A DNA stretch of 64,000 bases from an uncultured Anaerofilum sp. (lineage in GTDB: Bacteria > Bacillota > Clostridia > Oscillospirales > Ruminococcaceae), in contig CALWZC010000004.1 in the NCBI GenBank assembly GCA_944385935.1, positions 75,426 to 139,425 on the forward strand, read 5' to 3'. Of the stretch, positions 49,174 to 58,774 are shown piece after piece. The stretch's first letter is position 1. Every line of letters starts with the position of its first letter. The translations under genes and the position numbers were made by a program. The notes below the pieces were generated by a model. The model was not told the DNA's origin. It made no database searches and saw only the letters and a list, made by a program, of their open reading frames with translations.

Positions 49174-49323
49174 TTATTCTGCACAGAAGGTGCTGCACAT
49201 GGTGGTTTTGGGGGAACCACAACAGTTTACTTCAATTTGTGCGGCATTGCAGCCATTGCCGCCATCGTGGTAAATGCACCGTTCTACAGTGCAGTGTACT
49301 CCATTGGTGGGACGCTTGTTCAT
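49174..49323 (-). CDS. small Cys-rich protein (DUF1540-like)
   Basis: The 49-aa product is MNKRPTNGVHCTVERCIYHDGGNGCNAAQIEVNCCGSPKTTMCSTFCAE, with 8 Cys. On the minus strand GGAAGGAG lies 8 nt upstream of ATG 49323. Confidence 0.45.
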   Translation of the reverse strand: MNKRPTNGVHCTVERCIYHDGGNGCNAAQIEVNCCGSPKTTMCSTFCAE

Positions 49324-49434
49324 TGTAAAAACTCCTTCCATCATTGGGTTTGTATCCGCTGCGGCAGGTCTTTGTAAGAACTTGCCGTACACAAAGAGTA
49401 TCCCCATAAAAGTAACTTTTAAACGGAGGGATTT

Positions 49435-50136
49435 ATGGCAATTTTTGTAATTGCAGATTTACATCTTTCTTTGGGGTGTGAAAAGCCTATGGATATTTTT
49501 GCTGGCTGGGAAAATTATCAGCAGCGACTAGAAACAAACTGGAGAAATCTGGTTCAACCACAGGATACTGTAGTAATTGCTGGGGACATTTCATGGTCTA
49601 TGCGACTGGAGGAGTGCAAAGCAGATTTTGCTTTTTTGCACAGTTTGCCAGGTAAAAAAATATTACTCAAAGGAAACCATGACTACTGGTGGAGCACCAA
49701 AGCAAAAATGGATAAATTTTTGCAGCAAGAGGGCTTTGACACTTTGCAAATTTTGCACAACAACAGCTTTTTTGTGGAAGGTATGTGGATTTGTGGAAGC
49801 CGAAGCTGGATGTTTGACCTGCAAGAAGAAGCAGATGAAAAAGTAATGGCACGAGAGCTGGGTAGGCTTGCCGCCAGTCTTTCCAGTGCAGGAGAGGGAG
49901 AAAAGCTGGTGTTTTTGCATTATCCTCCTGTTTACCCCGGTGCAAGTTCTCAAGGTGTAGTAGAACTGTTGCATCAATTTGAAGTGAAAAAGTGCTTTTA
50001 TGGGCACTTGCATGGAGCAGCTACCCGTTTTGCTGTGCAAGGGGAGAGAGACGGCATTCAATACAAGCTGGTTTCTGCGGATGCTTTGGAGTTTTGTCCA
50101 TATAAAATTTATTCAGGAACAGTACTGGAAATTTGA
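49435..50136 (+). CDS. calcineurin-like metallophosphoesterase
   Basis: Motifs DLHL, GDIS and GNHDYWW place it in the MPP superfamily. Confidence 0.75.
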   Translation: MAIFVIADLHLSLGCEKPMDIFAGWENYQQRLETNWRNLVQPQDTVVIAGDISWSMRLEECKADFAFLHSLPGKKILLKGNHDYWWSTKAKMDKFLQQEGFDTLQILHNNSFFVEGMWICGSRSWMFDLQEEADEKVMARELGRLAASLSSAGEGEKLVFLHYPPVYPGASSQGVVELLHQFEVKKCFYGHLHGAATRFAVQGERDGIQYKLVSADALEFCPYKIYSGTVLEI

Positions 50137-50362
50137 AAAAGAATGTGATATAATACTCGGCAGGTGTTTATTATACTGGTGTTTGCAAAACAGATACGGC
50201 AACCTTGCATTGATAGCAAAGGGCTGTTTTGGCAAAGGATACAACCGGGCTTGTTGTCCGGCAAGAGTTCTGCATATTTTGCAGAAGATTTACCACAAAC
50301 CTATTGTTTTTTTGGGGTTTATGGTATAATAAACCAAAATTCGTTTATCTGGAGGAAATACA

Positions 50363-51715
50363 ATGAGTCTGGTAAAATGTGAAAAACTGGAAAACAGCAT
50401 GGTAGAGTTGGAGTTCTCTGCAACTGCAGAGGAGTTTAAGGCTGCTGTTGATAAGGTTGCAAAGCGTGAGGCAAAGAAATACACTCTGCCCGGTTTCCGT
50501 AAAGGTAAGGCACCCCGCCACCTGATTGAGAAAATGTATGGTGCAGATATTTTCCATTATGATGCAATCAACGACCTGTTCCCTGCTGCATACGCTGCTG
50601 CTGTGGAAGAGGCTAATGTAGAGCCTGTAAGCCGCCCCGAAGCAGATGTTGTTTCTTCTTCTTTGCAAGATGGCGTTGTTTTGAAGGCTAAGGTATATGT
50701 AAAGCCTGAAATCACTGTTGGTGAATATAAGGGTTTGAAAGCTACTAAATCTGTCAATCCTGTAGAGGAGAGCCGTGTAGACGAGGAAATCAGCCGTATG
50801 CAGCAGCGCAATGGCCGTGTAGTTACTCGTGAGGGCAAAGCTGAAAAGGGCGACGTTGCAAAGTTTGACTTTGAGGGCTTTGTAGATGGTGTTGCTTTTG
50901 AAGGCGGCAAGGCTGAAAACTACACCTTGGAGCTGGGCAGCGGTCAGTTTATCCCTGGCTTTGAAGACCAGATGATTGGCCACGAGGCTGGCGATGAATT
51001 TGATGTAAATGTAACCTTCCCCGAGGAGTACCATGCAAAAGAGTTGGCAGGTAAGCCCGCTGTATTCAAAATTAAGCTCCATGAGGTTACCACCAAAGAG
51101 CTGCCCGCTTTGGATGACGAGTTTGCAAAAGACGTTAGTGAGTACGACACTCTGGACGAGCTGAAAGCAAGCATTCGCAAGGGTATGGAGGAGCAAGCTG
51201 AGAAACAGGCTGAGCTGGAAGTAGAAAATGCTTTGGTTGACCAAGTAATTGAAACCATGCAGGGCGACATTCCTCAGGTAATGTTTGACAATCGTTTGGA
51301 CGAGATGGTAAACGATTATCGTTTCCGTTTGGAGCAGCAGGGCTTGAAGTTGGAGATGTATCTGCAATATTTGGGCCAGACTGTAGAGGAGTTCCGTGAG
51401 GGCTTTAAGGAGCAGGCTGAAAAGCAGGTAAAGATTCGTCTGGCTTTGGAGGCTATCGCTGCACAAGAGAAGATTGAGGCAACCGAAGAGGAGTTCGAGG
51501 CTGAAATCAACCGCATTGCAGAGATGTACAAGATGGAAGCAGACAAGGTAAAATCTTTGGTAAATGAAACCGAAGTAAAGAAAGACTTGGCTGTAAATAA
51601 GGTAATTGATTTCATCAAAGAAAACGCCAAAATTACCCAAAAAGCTGCCCGCAAAACCGCAGGCCGCAAAAAAGCAGCAAAAACCGAGGAAGCAGCAGAG
51701 GAAACCGCTGAATAA
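50363..51715 (+). CDS. tig: trigger factor
   Basis: The ribosome-binding N-terminus (GFRKGKAPR) is followed by an FKBP PPIase domain and a C-terminal arm. The RBS is GGAGGA. Confidence 0.95.
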   Translation: MSLVKCEKLENSMVELEFSATAEEFKAAVDKVAKREAKKYTLPGFRKGKAPRHLIEKMYGADIFHYDAINDLFPAAYAAAVEEANVEPVSRPEADVVSSSLQDGVVLKAKVYVKPEITVGEYKGLKATKSVNPVEESRVDEEISRMQQRNGRVVTREGKAEKGDVAKFDFEGFVDGVAFEGGKAENYTLELGSGQFIPGFEDQMIGHEAGDEFDVNVTFPEEYHAKELAGKPAVFKIKLHEVTTKELPALDDEFAKDVSEYDTLDELKASIRKGMEEQAEKQAELEVENALVDQVIETMQGDIPQVMFDNRLDEMVNDYRFRLEQQGLKLEMYLQYLGQTVEEFREGFKEQAEKQVKIRLALEAIAAQEKIEATEEEFEAEINRIAEMYKMEADKVKSLVNETEVKKDLAVNKVIDFIKENAKITQKAARKTAGRKKAAKTEEAAEETAE

Positions 51716-51752
51716 GCCACTGCTGTTTACATAAGCCGGCTTTTGGATAAGG

Positions 51753-51785
51753 ATGACCGATACGGCGTGTGTTCGTATCGGTCAT
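51753..51785 (+). terminator. weak hairpin between tig and clpP
   Basis: ATGACCGATACG pairs with CGTATCGGTCAT across a 9-nt loop. The downstream T-tract is poor (TTAT). Confidence 0.3.
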
Positions 51786-51837
51786 TTATACATCGGCAGG
51801 TTTAGACATTTTTTTACAAAAGGAGTGACAACTACAA

Positions 51838-52421
51838 TGAGTTTGGTACCTTACGTTGTGGAGCAAACTGCTCGTGGAGAGCGTTCCTATGATATTTTCT
51901 CTCGTCTGTTGAACGACCGCATTATTATGCTGTCGGATGAGGTAAATGATGCCACTGCTAGTTTGGTGGTAGCACAGCTTTTGTACTTGGAAGGACAAGA
52001 CCCCGAAAAGGACATCAGCCTATATATCAACAGCCCCGGCGGTTCCATCAGTGCAGGTTTGGCAATTCATGACACAATGAAATATATTAAGTGTGATGTT
52101 TCTACCATCTGCATGGGTATGGCTGCCTCTATGGGTGCATTTTTGCTGGCAAGTGGAACCAAAGGCAAAAGAATGGCTTTGCCCAATAGCGAGATTATGA
52201 TTCATCAGCCTTTGATGGGAGGCTTGAAGGGACAAGCAACCGATATCAAAATTCATGCTGACCATATTGTACGCACCAAAGAGCGTTTAAATAAGATGTT
52301 GGCAGAGTATACCGGACAGTCTATTGAACAGATTTGTCTGGATACCGAGCGTGACAATTTCCTCACCGCACAACAGGCTTTGGAATATGGTCTGATTGAC
52401 ACAGTAATTGAGAAGCGATAA
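51838..52421 (+). CDS. clpP: ATP-dependent Clp protease proteolytic subunit
   Basis: ClpP motifs are present ([11 protein letters not shown], catalytic Ser/His/Asp context). The RBS is AAAGGAGTG. Confidence 0.95.
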
Positions 52422-52434
52422 AAGGTGGAAGCAA

Positions 52435-53742
52435 ATGGCAAATACAACACAAAAAGGTGGCAAAGATAAGCCACTGATTTGCAGTTTTTGCGGAAAGAGC
52501 CAAGATGATGTAGAACGCATGATTATAGGCCCTGGTGTGAATATCTGCAACGAATGTATTGAACTTTGCTCCTCTTTGCTGGATGAGGAGACACCTGCTG
52601 CCCCCAAACAGCGCAGAGGACAAAAGCAGCCTTCTCCATCGGAGGAGGGAATCAATATCCTTACTCCTAAAGAGATTAAGGAAGGATTAGACCAATATGT
52701 CATTGGGCAGGATGAAGCAAAAACTGTTCTGGCAGTATCGGTTTACAACCATTACAAGCGTATTTTTAATGGCCAAGATAATAATGTTGACCTGCAAAAG
52801 AGCAATGTGCTGTTGCTGGGTCCCTCTGGTGTAGGAAAAACCCTGTTGGCACAAACTTTGGCAAAGATGTTAAACGTTCCCTTTGCCATTGCAGATGCAA
52901 CTACTCTCACAGAAGCTGGCTATGTAGGCGAAGATGTGGAAAACATTTTGCTGAAGTTGATTCAAGCTGCTGATTTTGACATCGCCCGTGCAGAAACTGG
53001 TATTATCTATGTGGATGAGATTGATAAGATTACCCGTAAAAGTGAGAATCCCTCTATTACTCGTGATGTAGGTGGCGAGGGTGTACAGCAGGCACTGCTG
53101 AAAATCATTGAGGGTACCGTCAGCAATGTACCTCCACAGGGTGGACGTAAACATCCGCAACAGGAGTTTATTCAGATTAACACCAAAAATATTTTGTTTA
53201 TTTGTGGTGGTGCCTTTGATGGTTTGGAAAAACATATCCAAAGGCGTACCGATACCTCTGCTTTGGGCTTTGGCAGTAAGTTGAAAGAAGACCACGAAAA
53301 AATCAAGGAAAACCTTTTGAAAAAGGTAGAACCAGATGATTTGGTCAAATTTGGACTAATTCCAGAGTTGATTGGTCGGTTGCCCATTGTAACTGTACTC
53401 AATCAACTGGATGAAGAGGCACTGATTCGGGTATTGAAAGAGCCTAAAAACAGCCTGTTGCGCCAATACCAAGCATTGTTCCAGATGGATAATGTGGAAA
53501 TTGAATTTACAGATGAGGCATTGCATGAGATTGCATCCAAAGCACTGAGCCAAAAGAGTGGTGCTCGTGGATTGCGTAGAATTATGGAACATATTCTCAT
53601 CCCCATTATGTATGAGATTCCCAGTGATAATACCATCATAAAAGTGACCATTGACAAGGATACAGTGGATGGTGGTCAGCCTATTTTGGAACATGGAGCA
53701 AAGCAGCAAAGGTATACAGGGGAAACTTTTCCCATTGGATAA
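52435..53742 (+). CDS. clpX: ATP-dependent Clp protease ATP-binding subunit ClpX
   Basis: The N-terminal C4 zinc finger is CSFCGK…CNEC. Walker A is GPSGVGKT, and the layout is AAA+. Confidence 0.95.
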   Translation: MANTTQKGGKDKPLICSFCGKSQDDVERMIIGPGVNICNECIELCSSLLDEETPAAPKQRRGQKQPSPSEEGINILTPKEIKEGLDQYVIGQDEAKTVLAVSVYNHYKRIFNGQDNNVDLQKSNVLLLGPSGVGKTLLAQTLAKMLNVPFAIADATTLTEAGYVGEDVENILLKLIQAADFDIARAETGIIYVDEIDKITRKSENPSITRDVGGEGVQQALLKIIEGTVSNVPPQGGRKHPQQEFIQINTKNILFICGGAFDGLEKHIQRRTDTSALGFGSKLKEDHEKIKENLLKKVEPDDLVKFGLIPELIGRLPIVTVLNQLDEEALIRVLKEPKNSLLRQYQALFQMDNVEIEFTDEALHEIASKALSQKSGARGLRRIMEHILIPIMYEIPSDNTIIKVTIDKDTVDGGQPILEHGAKQQRYTGETFPIG

Positions 53743-54120
53743 TAGCTAAAAATACGGCGGAAGTAGCTTTTTATAGTTTACTTCTGCCGTAAATTTTTTG
53801 TAAAATATAACGTGAATGAGAACAAAAACTTTACAAATAAAATATTTGTAAAGAATTTGATAATTATGTAACAATTTGTAGAAATCGGTATTGAAGTAGG
53901 TAACTATTTATGTTAAAATTATGTTAATAAAATGAAGGTGGAAAAATTTGCATTTTAAATTTGTTACCGGACTATGTTGATTAAAGGAGGCAATGTAGAG
54001 ATAAGTATGAAGGGCAGATTTTGTCTATGACTTCATAGAGTTGTGTCTGTAGGAATGAAAGAACTCTCTTACAGAATAAAATGTTGGTGTAAGACCTGTA
54101 TGGAAAGAGGGATATTACAA

Positions 54121-55914
54121 ATGAAAAACTTAAAATTGTTCCACAAGTTTTTGCTTTCTTTTGGAATTATTTTGTTGTTAATTGTAACAATTGGCGTTGC
54201 ATATTTGCTTTCTGCTAACCGATTGAGCGGTGTAACAGATGTATATGCTACTCAATCCATTCCAGCAGTAAAAGAGATGTGGGCTTTGCGCAGGAATGTT
54301 CTTTCCACCCAAAGATACGCTCTGGAAACAATTGTTGCCGATAATATGGATGACTTTTCTACCACCCAGAATGATTTGGAAACAGAACGACAAAAAATAA
54401 ATGAGGGAATTGATAAATTATTGGTATTAACACCTCCCTACAAGGAGGAGCTGGAAGAAATCAAGACCCTATTAGGCGATGCTGGACAATATCGAGAGCA
54501 GATTGTTGCAGAAGCACAAAAACTTACAGACGAAGGAAAAGCCAAGGCATACGACATTTATCAAAACAGCTATGAACCCGCTTTTGTCAAAGCAGCAGAT
54601 GCAATAGTTGCTTTACAAGCACAGCTGGATACTGCCATTGAAAATCAATATACAAGGTCTGTAAATACACAAAATACTGCTATTGTAATTGTAATTGTTT
54701 TGGTATCAGCTACACTGGCGGTTTCTGCGTTTATCACAGTTTCTCTGACTAAATCTATTATTCATCCTGTCAAAGAAATTAAAGATGCTATGAATGCCTT
54801 CTCTAAAGGTGAGTTTTCTAAGGCAAAAATTACATACGAATCCAAGGATGAGATGGGCGATGTGTGCAATTCTGCACGAGAATTGGTACAGCATATTGAA
54901 CGTATGGTAGACGATTTGTCCGATGGCTTGCAGGGAATTTCTAAAGGTAACTTCACCGTACAAAGCTCCGATGATAATATGTATGTAGGCAATTTTGCTC
55001 CTTTGGCAGTTTCTACTTATAAAATTTTGGATAGCTTGAGTGAAACCATTCGTAAAATTGGTATGGCTGCCGACCAGGTGGCTAGTGGTGCTGACCAAGT
55101 TTCTGGCGGTGCACAAGCACTAAGTCAAGGTGCAACAGAACAGGCTAGCAGTGTACAAGAGCTATCTGCAACTCTGTCTGAGATTTCCAACCAAGTCAAC
55201 CAGAATGCAGAAAATGCACTGAAAGCCCGGAAAGAAGCAGAAAAAGTCAACGAAGAAGTGCAGACAAGCAATGAACAAATGCGCGACATGATTGCTGCCA
55301 TGGGCGATATTAGCGGAAAATCCAACGAGATTGGAAAGATTATCAAAGCTATTGAGGATATTGCCTTCCAAACCAATATTTTGGCATTGAATGCAGCTGT
55401 AGAGGCGGCTCGTGCTGGTGTAGCGGGCAAAGGCTTTGCTGTGGTTGCAGATGAAGTACGTAACCTTGCACAAAAATCCAGTGAGGCTGCAAGTAACACT
55501 ACTTTGCTGATTGAAGAAACTGTGCAGGCTGTAAATCGTGGTGTATCCATTGCAAACAATACTGCTGAATCTATGCAAAATGTAGTAAAAGATGTTGCTC
55601 AAGCGGTAGCATTGATTGATGAGATTGCACAGGCTTCGGAAGACCAAGCAGTGGCAGTTACACAGGTAACTACTGGTATTGAACAAATTTCTAGTGTTGT
55701 ACAGACAAACAGCGCAACGGCAGAGCAGAGCGCAGCTGCTAGTGAGGAATTGTCTGGTCAAGCAGCACTTATGAAAGAGCTGGTAAGTGTATTTAAGTTG
55801 GTAGATAACGGATATGAAACATCTCTGGTAGATTCCAACAGTATGGGTGCATATCCTTCCTCGGCACAAAGTGTGTCCAACGAGTTTGATACCATGGGTA
55901 GTGGAAAATATTAA
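54121..55914 (+). CDS. methyl-accepting chemotaxis protein (4-helix-bundle sensor, HAMP, MCP signalling domain)
   Basis: Two TM helices bracket a periplasmic 4HB-like domain. They are followed by a HAMP domain and a highly conserved MCP signalling region (…[12 protein letters not shown]…[13 protein letters not shown]…). Confidence 0.85.
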   Translation: MKNLKLFHKFLLSFGIILLLIVTIGVAYLLSANRLSGVTDVYATQSIPAVKEMWALRRNVLSTQRYALETIVADNMDDFSTTQNDLETERQKINEGIDKLLVLTPPYKEELEEIKTLLGDAGQYREQIVAEAQKLTDEGKAKAYDIYQNSYEPAFVKAADAIVALQAQLDTAIENQYTRSVNTQNTAIVIVIVLVSATLAVSAFITVSLTKSIIHPVKEIKDAMNAFSKGEFSKAKITYESKDEMGDVCNSARELVQHIERMVDDLSDGLQGISKGNFTVQSSDDNMYVGNFAPLAVSTYKILDSLSETIRKIGMAADQVASGADQVSGGAQALSQGATEQASSVQELSATLSEISNQVNQNAENALKARKEAEKVNEEVQTSNEQMRDMIAAMGDISGKSNEIGKIIKAIEDIAFQTNILALNAAVEAARAGVAGKGFAVVADEVRNLAQKSSEAASNTTLLIEETVQAVNRGVSIANNTAESMQNVVKDVAQAVALIDEIAQASEDQAVAVTQVTTGIEQISSVVQTNSATAEQSAAASEELSGQAALMKELVSVFKLVDNGYETSLVDSNSMGAYPSSAQSVSNEFDTMGSGKY

Positions 55915-55936
55915 AAATATTTGCTTTGTCACAATA

Positions 55937-55971
55937 GGAGAGGTAGTTTATAAGCTACTTCTCCTTTTTGA
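55937..55971 (+). terminator. rho-independent terminator after MCP
   Basis: AGGAGAGGTAG pairs with CTACTTCTCCT (one mismatch) and is followed by TTTTTG. Confidence 0.65.
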
Positions 55972-56172
55972 GTCTAGTTCATGGATTTGAATGAAGTCAA
56001 AAGGATATATTTGCAGAAAATACAGCAATGGGATAAGGTTGGGTTGTTGCAATCCATTGAAAAATCAGGTAAAATGATAACTGTATCATTTTGGGCAAAG
56101 ATTATGTGAATTGTTAGCACAACTTTGCTCTACCATATTTCCAAACAATTTGTTTGGACAGGAGGAACCTGA

Positions 56173-58032
56173 ATGTTTAACGAAACGTTGAAAGCTGCTC
56201 TTGCTGCTGTGCAAAAACCGGGCAGATACACTGGCGGTGAGCCGGGCTGTGTATACAAAGACAAAACCCAGTTGGATTTGCGCTTTGCCTTTTGCTTTCC
56301 AGACACCTATGAGGTTGGAATGTCCTTTTTGGGAATGAAAATTCTGTATGAGGAACTGAACAAAAATCCTCGTTGGTGGTGCGAAAGAGCCTTTATGCCT
56401 TGGGTGGATATGAAGGAAGAAATGGAGAAACGGAATATTCCCTTGTACTGCCTAGAAAGCAAAGACCCCTTAACCGATTTTGATATTGTGGGCTTTACCT
56501 TGCAGTATGAGCTTTCCTATACCAATATTTTGGCTATGCTGGATATGGCTGGAATCCCTTTGCGCGCTGCTGACCGTGGAGAGGACATGCCTCTGATTGT
56601 GGCAGGTGGCCCCTGTGTTTGCAATGCTGAACCTTTGGCAGATTTTTTTGACATGATGATGTTAGGCGAAGGGGAAGAGCAGCTTCCTGCTGTATGTGAA
56701 TTGACTGTAAAGGCAAAAAAAGAGGGATGGAGCAAGAAAAAACTGTTGCGAGCCATGGCAGATATTCCTGGCTGCTATGTCCCTAGTTTGTATCAGGTTA
56801 ATTATTTTGAGGACGGGCGAGTAAAAGAAATTTTGCCCTTGGATGGTGTGCCGGCTGTTGTGACAAAGGCAATTATTAAGGATATGAACACCCAGCCCAT
56901 TCCTACCAATTTTATTGTGCCAATGGTAGGGGCTGTCCATGACCGTGGTCAAATTGAGGTATTGCGTGGTTGTGTTCGTGGCTGCCGTTTCTGTCAAGCT
57001 GGATTCTTGTACCGTCCCATGAGAGAGCGTAACGCTGATATGCTCAACAAGGGCGCACAAGATTTGTGTGGCAGCACTGGTTATGATGAGGTAAGTTTGA
57101 CCAGTTTGTCCACCTCTGACCATAGCCAACTGGAAACTTTGCTGGATGAAATGCTGGAATGGACTCCCGAACAACATGTAAATATCGCTTTGCCTAGCTT
57201 GCGTATTGATAATTTTAGTGAAAGTTTGATTGAAAAGACCACAAAGGTTCGCAAAAGTGGCTTGACCTTTGCTCCTGAAGCAGGCACCCAACGACTGCGT
57301 GATGTTATCAACAAAAATATCACGTGGGAAGAGATTGAAAAAAGCTGTCGTATTGCCTTTGAAGCAGGCTATACCGGCGTAAAGCTGTATTTTATGATGG
57401 GCTTACCCACCGAAACCATGGAAGATATCGAGGGCATTGCAGAAACTGCCCAGAAAATTGTGGATTTGTACTATCAAAATCCCAACAAGCCAAAGGGCAG
57501 GGGAGTACAAGTAACAATTAGTGTTTCCTGTTTTGTGCCAAAACCACACACGCCATTCCAATTTTGTCCACAAGACACCAAAGAAATGCTGGAGGCAAAA
57601 CAAAAACATCTGGTAAGCAGTGTGAAAAGCAAAAAAATTACTGTCCGTTATCATGACAGCAAAACCAGCTTTTTGGAGGCAGTCTTTGCCAAAGGTGACC
57701 GACGTTTGGGGGCTGTTTTGGAGGAAGCATACCGCCGTGGTTGTTATTTTGATGGCTGGGATGACCAGTTTAAGTATGACACATGGCTGGAAGTATTCCG
57801 AGATTTAGGGGTAGATATGGAATTCTATGCCAACCGCTTTATCCCTACCGATGAAGTAACTCCTTGGGAGCATTTACACTATGGTGTCACAAAGCGGTAC
57901 TTGATTTCCGAGTACGAAAATGCTTTGAAAGCTCAAACAACTCCTCCCTGTAACCGTCATTGTGCAGGATGTGGAGCCAATAAACTGCTGGGAGGTGCCT
58001 GTTTTGAATACAATACGAGCATGGTTCACTAA
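56173..58032 (+). CDS. radical SAM protein, TIGR03960 family (B12-binding-like N-terminus)
   Basis: The cluster-binding motif is CVRGCRFCQAG (CxxxCxxC). The N-terminal motif FCFPDTYEVGMSFLG and overall collinearity match TIGR03960. The RBS is GGAGGAAC. Confidence 0.8.
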   Translation: MFNETLKAALAAVQKPGRYTGGEPGCVYKDKTQLDLRFAFCFPDTYEVGMSFLGMKILYEELNKNPRWWCERAFMPWVDMKEEMEKRNIPLYCLESKDPLTDFDIVGFTLQYELSYTNILAMLDMAGIPLRAADRGEDMPLIVAGGPCVCNAEPLADFFDMMMLGEGEEQLPAVCELTVKAKKEGWSKKKLLRAMADIPGCYVPSLYQVNYFEDGRVKEILPLDGVPAVVTKAIIKDMNTQPIPTNFIVPMVGAVHDRGQIEVLRGCVRGCRFCQAGFLYRPMRERNADMLNKGAQDLCGSTGYDEVSLTSLSTSDHSQLETLLDEMLEWTPEQHVNIALPSLRIDNFSESLIEKTTKVRKSGLTFAPEAGTQRLRDVINKNITWEEIEKSCRIAFEAGYTGVKLYFMMGLPTETMEDIEGIAETAQKIVDLYYQNPNKPKGRGVQVTISVSCFVPKPHTPFQFCPQDTKEMLEAKQKHLVSSVKSKKITVRYHDSKTSFLEAVFAKGDRRLGAVLEEAYRRGCYFDGWDDQFKYDTWLEVFRDLGVDMEFYANRFIPTDEVTPWEHLHYGVTKRYLISEYENALKAQTTPPCNRHCAGCGANKLLGGACFEYNTSMVH

Positions 58033-58657
58033 GACAGGGGAGGCATCCTATATCTCCCATTTGGATTTGCAGCGAGTAATGGGTCGTGCCATGCGGCGGG
58101 CAAAGTTGCCAGTGTGGTATTCCAAAGGCTTTAATCCCCATATTTATATGACCTTTGCCCTTCCTCTCCCACTGGGACAAGAAAGCCTTGTAGAGAGTGT
58201 GGATTTCCGCAGTGAGGAAGAAAATTTAGACTTTGAAGCCATGGCAAAAGCCCTTAGTGAGGCCCTGCCTCGTGGTATTGATGTAAAAAAAATGTACCTT
58301 GCAGATACTGATGCTGCTAAAATTGCATCTGCAAAATATCAAGTGCGGGTTCCCGGGGATTGGACAAAAGCAATAGAGCAATACAATGCACTGTCTGAAG
58401 CAATCGTTGAGAAAAAGACCAAACGAGGCACAAAACCATTGAACCTGAAAGAGCAAATTCCTTCTGTGGAGAGTTGGCTGCGGGATGGTCAAACCTGTTT
58501 CACCTTGACTTTGCCAGCAGGCAGCAGCGGACTGAATTTGAATCCCACCTTGTTGCTGCAATATTTGCAAGAGCAATATGGTTTGCCTGTTTCCACAGCG
58601 GAGATTTTGCGGGTAGCAATTTATACCGAAGATGGTAATAAATTTTTGGGTGAATAA
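58004..58657 (+). CDS. DUF2344 (TIGR03936) protein, partner of TIGR03960 radical SAM
   Basis: The N-terminus FTKTGEASYISHLDLQRVMGRAMRRA is typical of the family. A TTG start lies 7 nt after GGGAGGTG and overlaps the radical SAM 3' end. Confidence 0.7.
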   Translation: MNTIRAWFTKTGEASYISHLDLQRVMGRAMRRAKLPVWYSKGFNPHIYMTFALPLPLGQESLVESVDFRSEEENLDFEAMAKALSEALPRGIDVKKMYLADTDAAKIASAKYQVRVPGDWTKAIEQYNALSEAIVEKKTKRGTKPLNLKEQIPSVESWLRDGQTCFTLTLPAGSSGLNLNPTLLLQYLQEQYGLPVSTAEILRVAIYTEDGNKFLGE

Positions 58658-58717
58658 AAAAGCAATACCCCAATAGAATCCTTATATCGTTTATTGAAAA
58701 TAAGAGTTTTATTGTAT

Positions 58718-58766
58718 AAAAAAGCACCAAACCCAGCCAAATGGTTGGATTTGGTGCTTTTTCTAT
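58718..58766. terminator. bidirectional terminator between convergent genes
   Basis: AAAGCACCAAA pairs with TTTGGTGCTTT. An A-run lies upstream and a T-run downstream. Confidence 0.7.
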
Positions 58767-58774
58767 ATTCTAGA

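Noticed and set aside
50345-51640. 431-aa minus-strand ORF opposite tig
   Set aside because: It is a Leu-rich, low-complexity antisense translation of the highly conserved trigger factor gene.
55162-55932. 256-aa minus-strand ORF opposite the MCP gene
   Set aside because: It is antisense to the conserved MCP signalling domain and has no homology or RBS.
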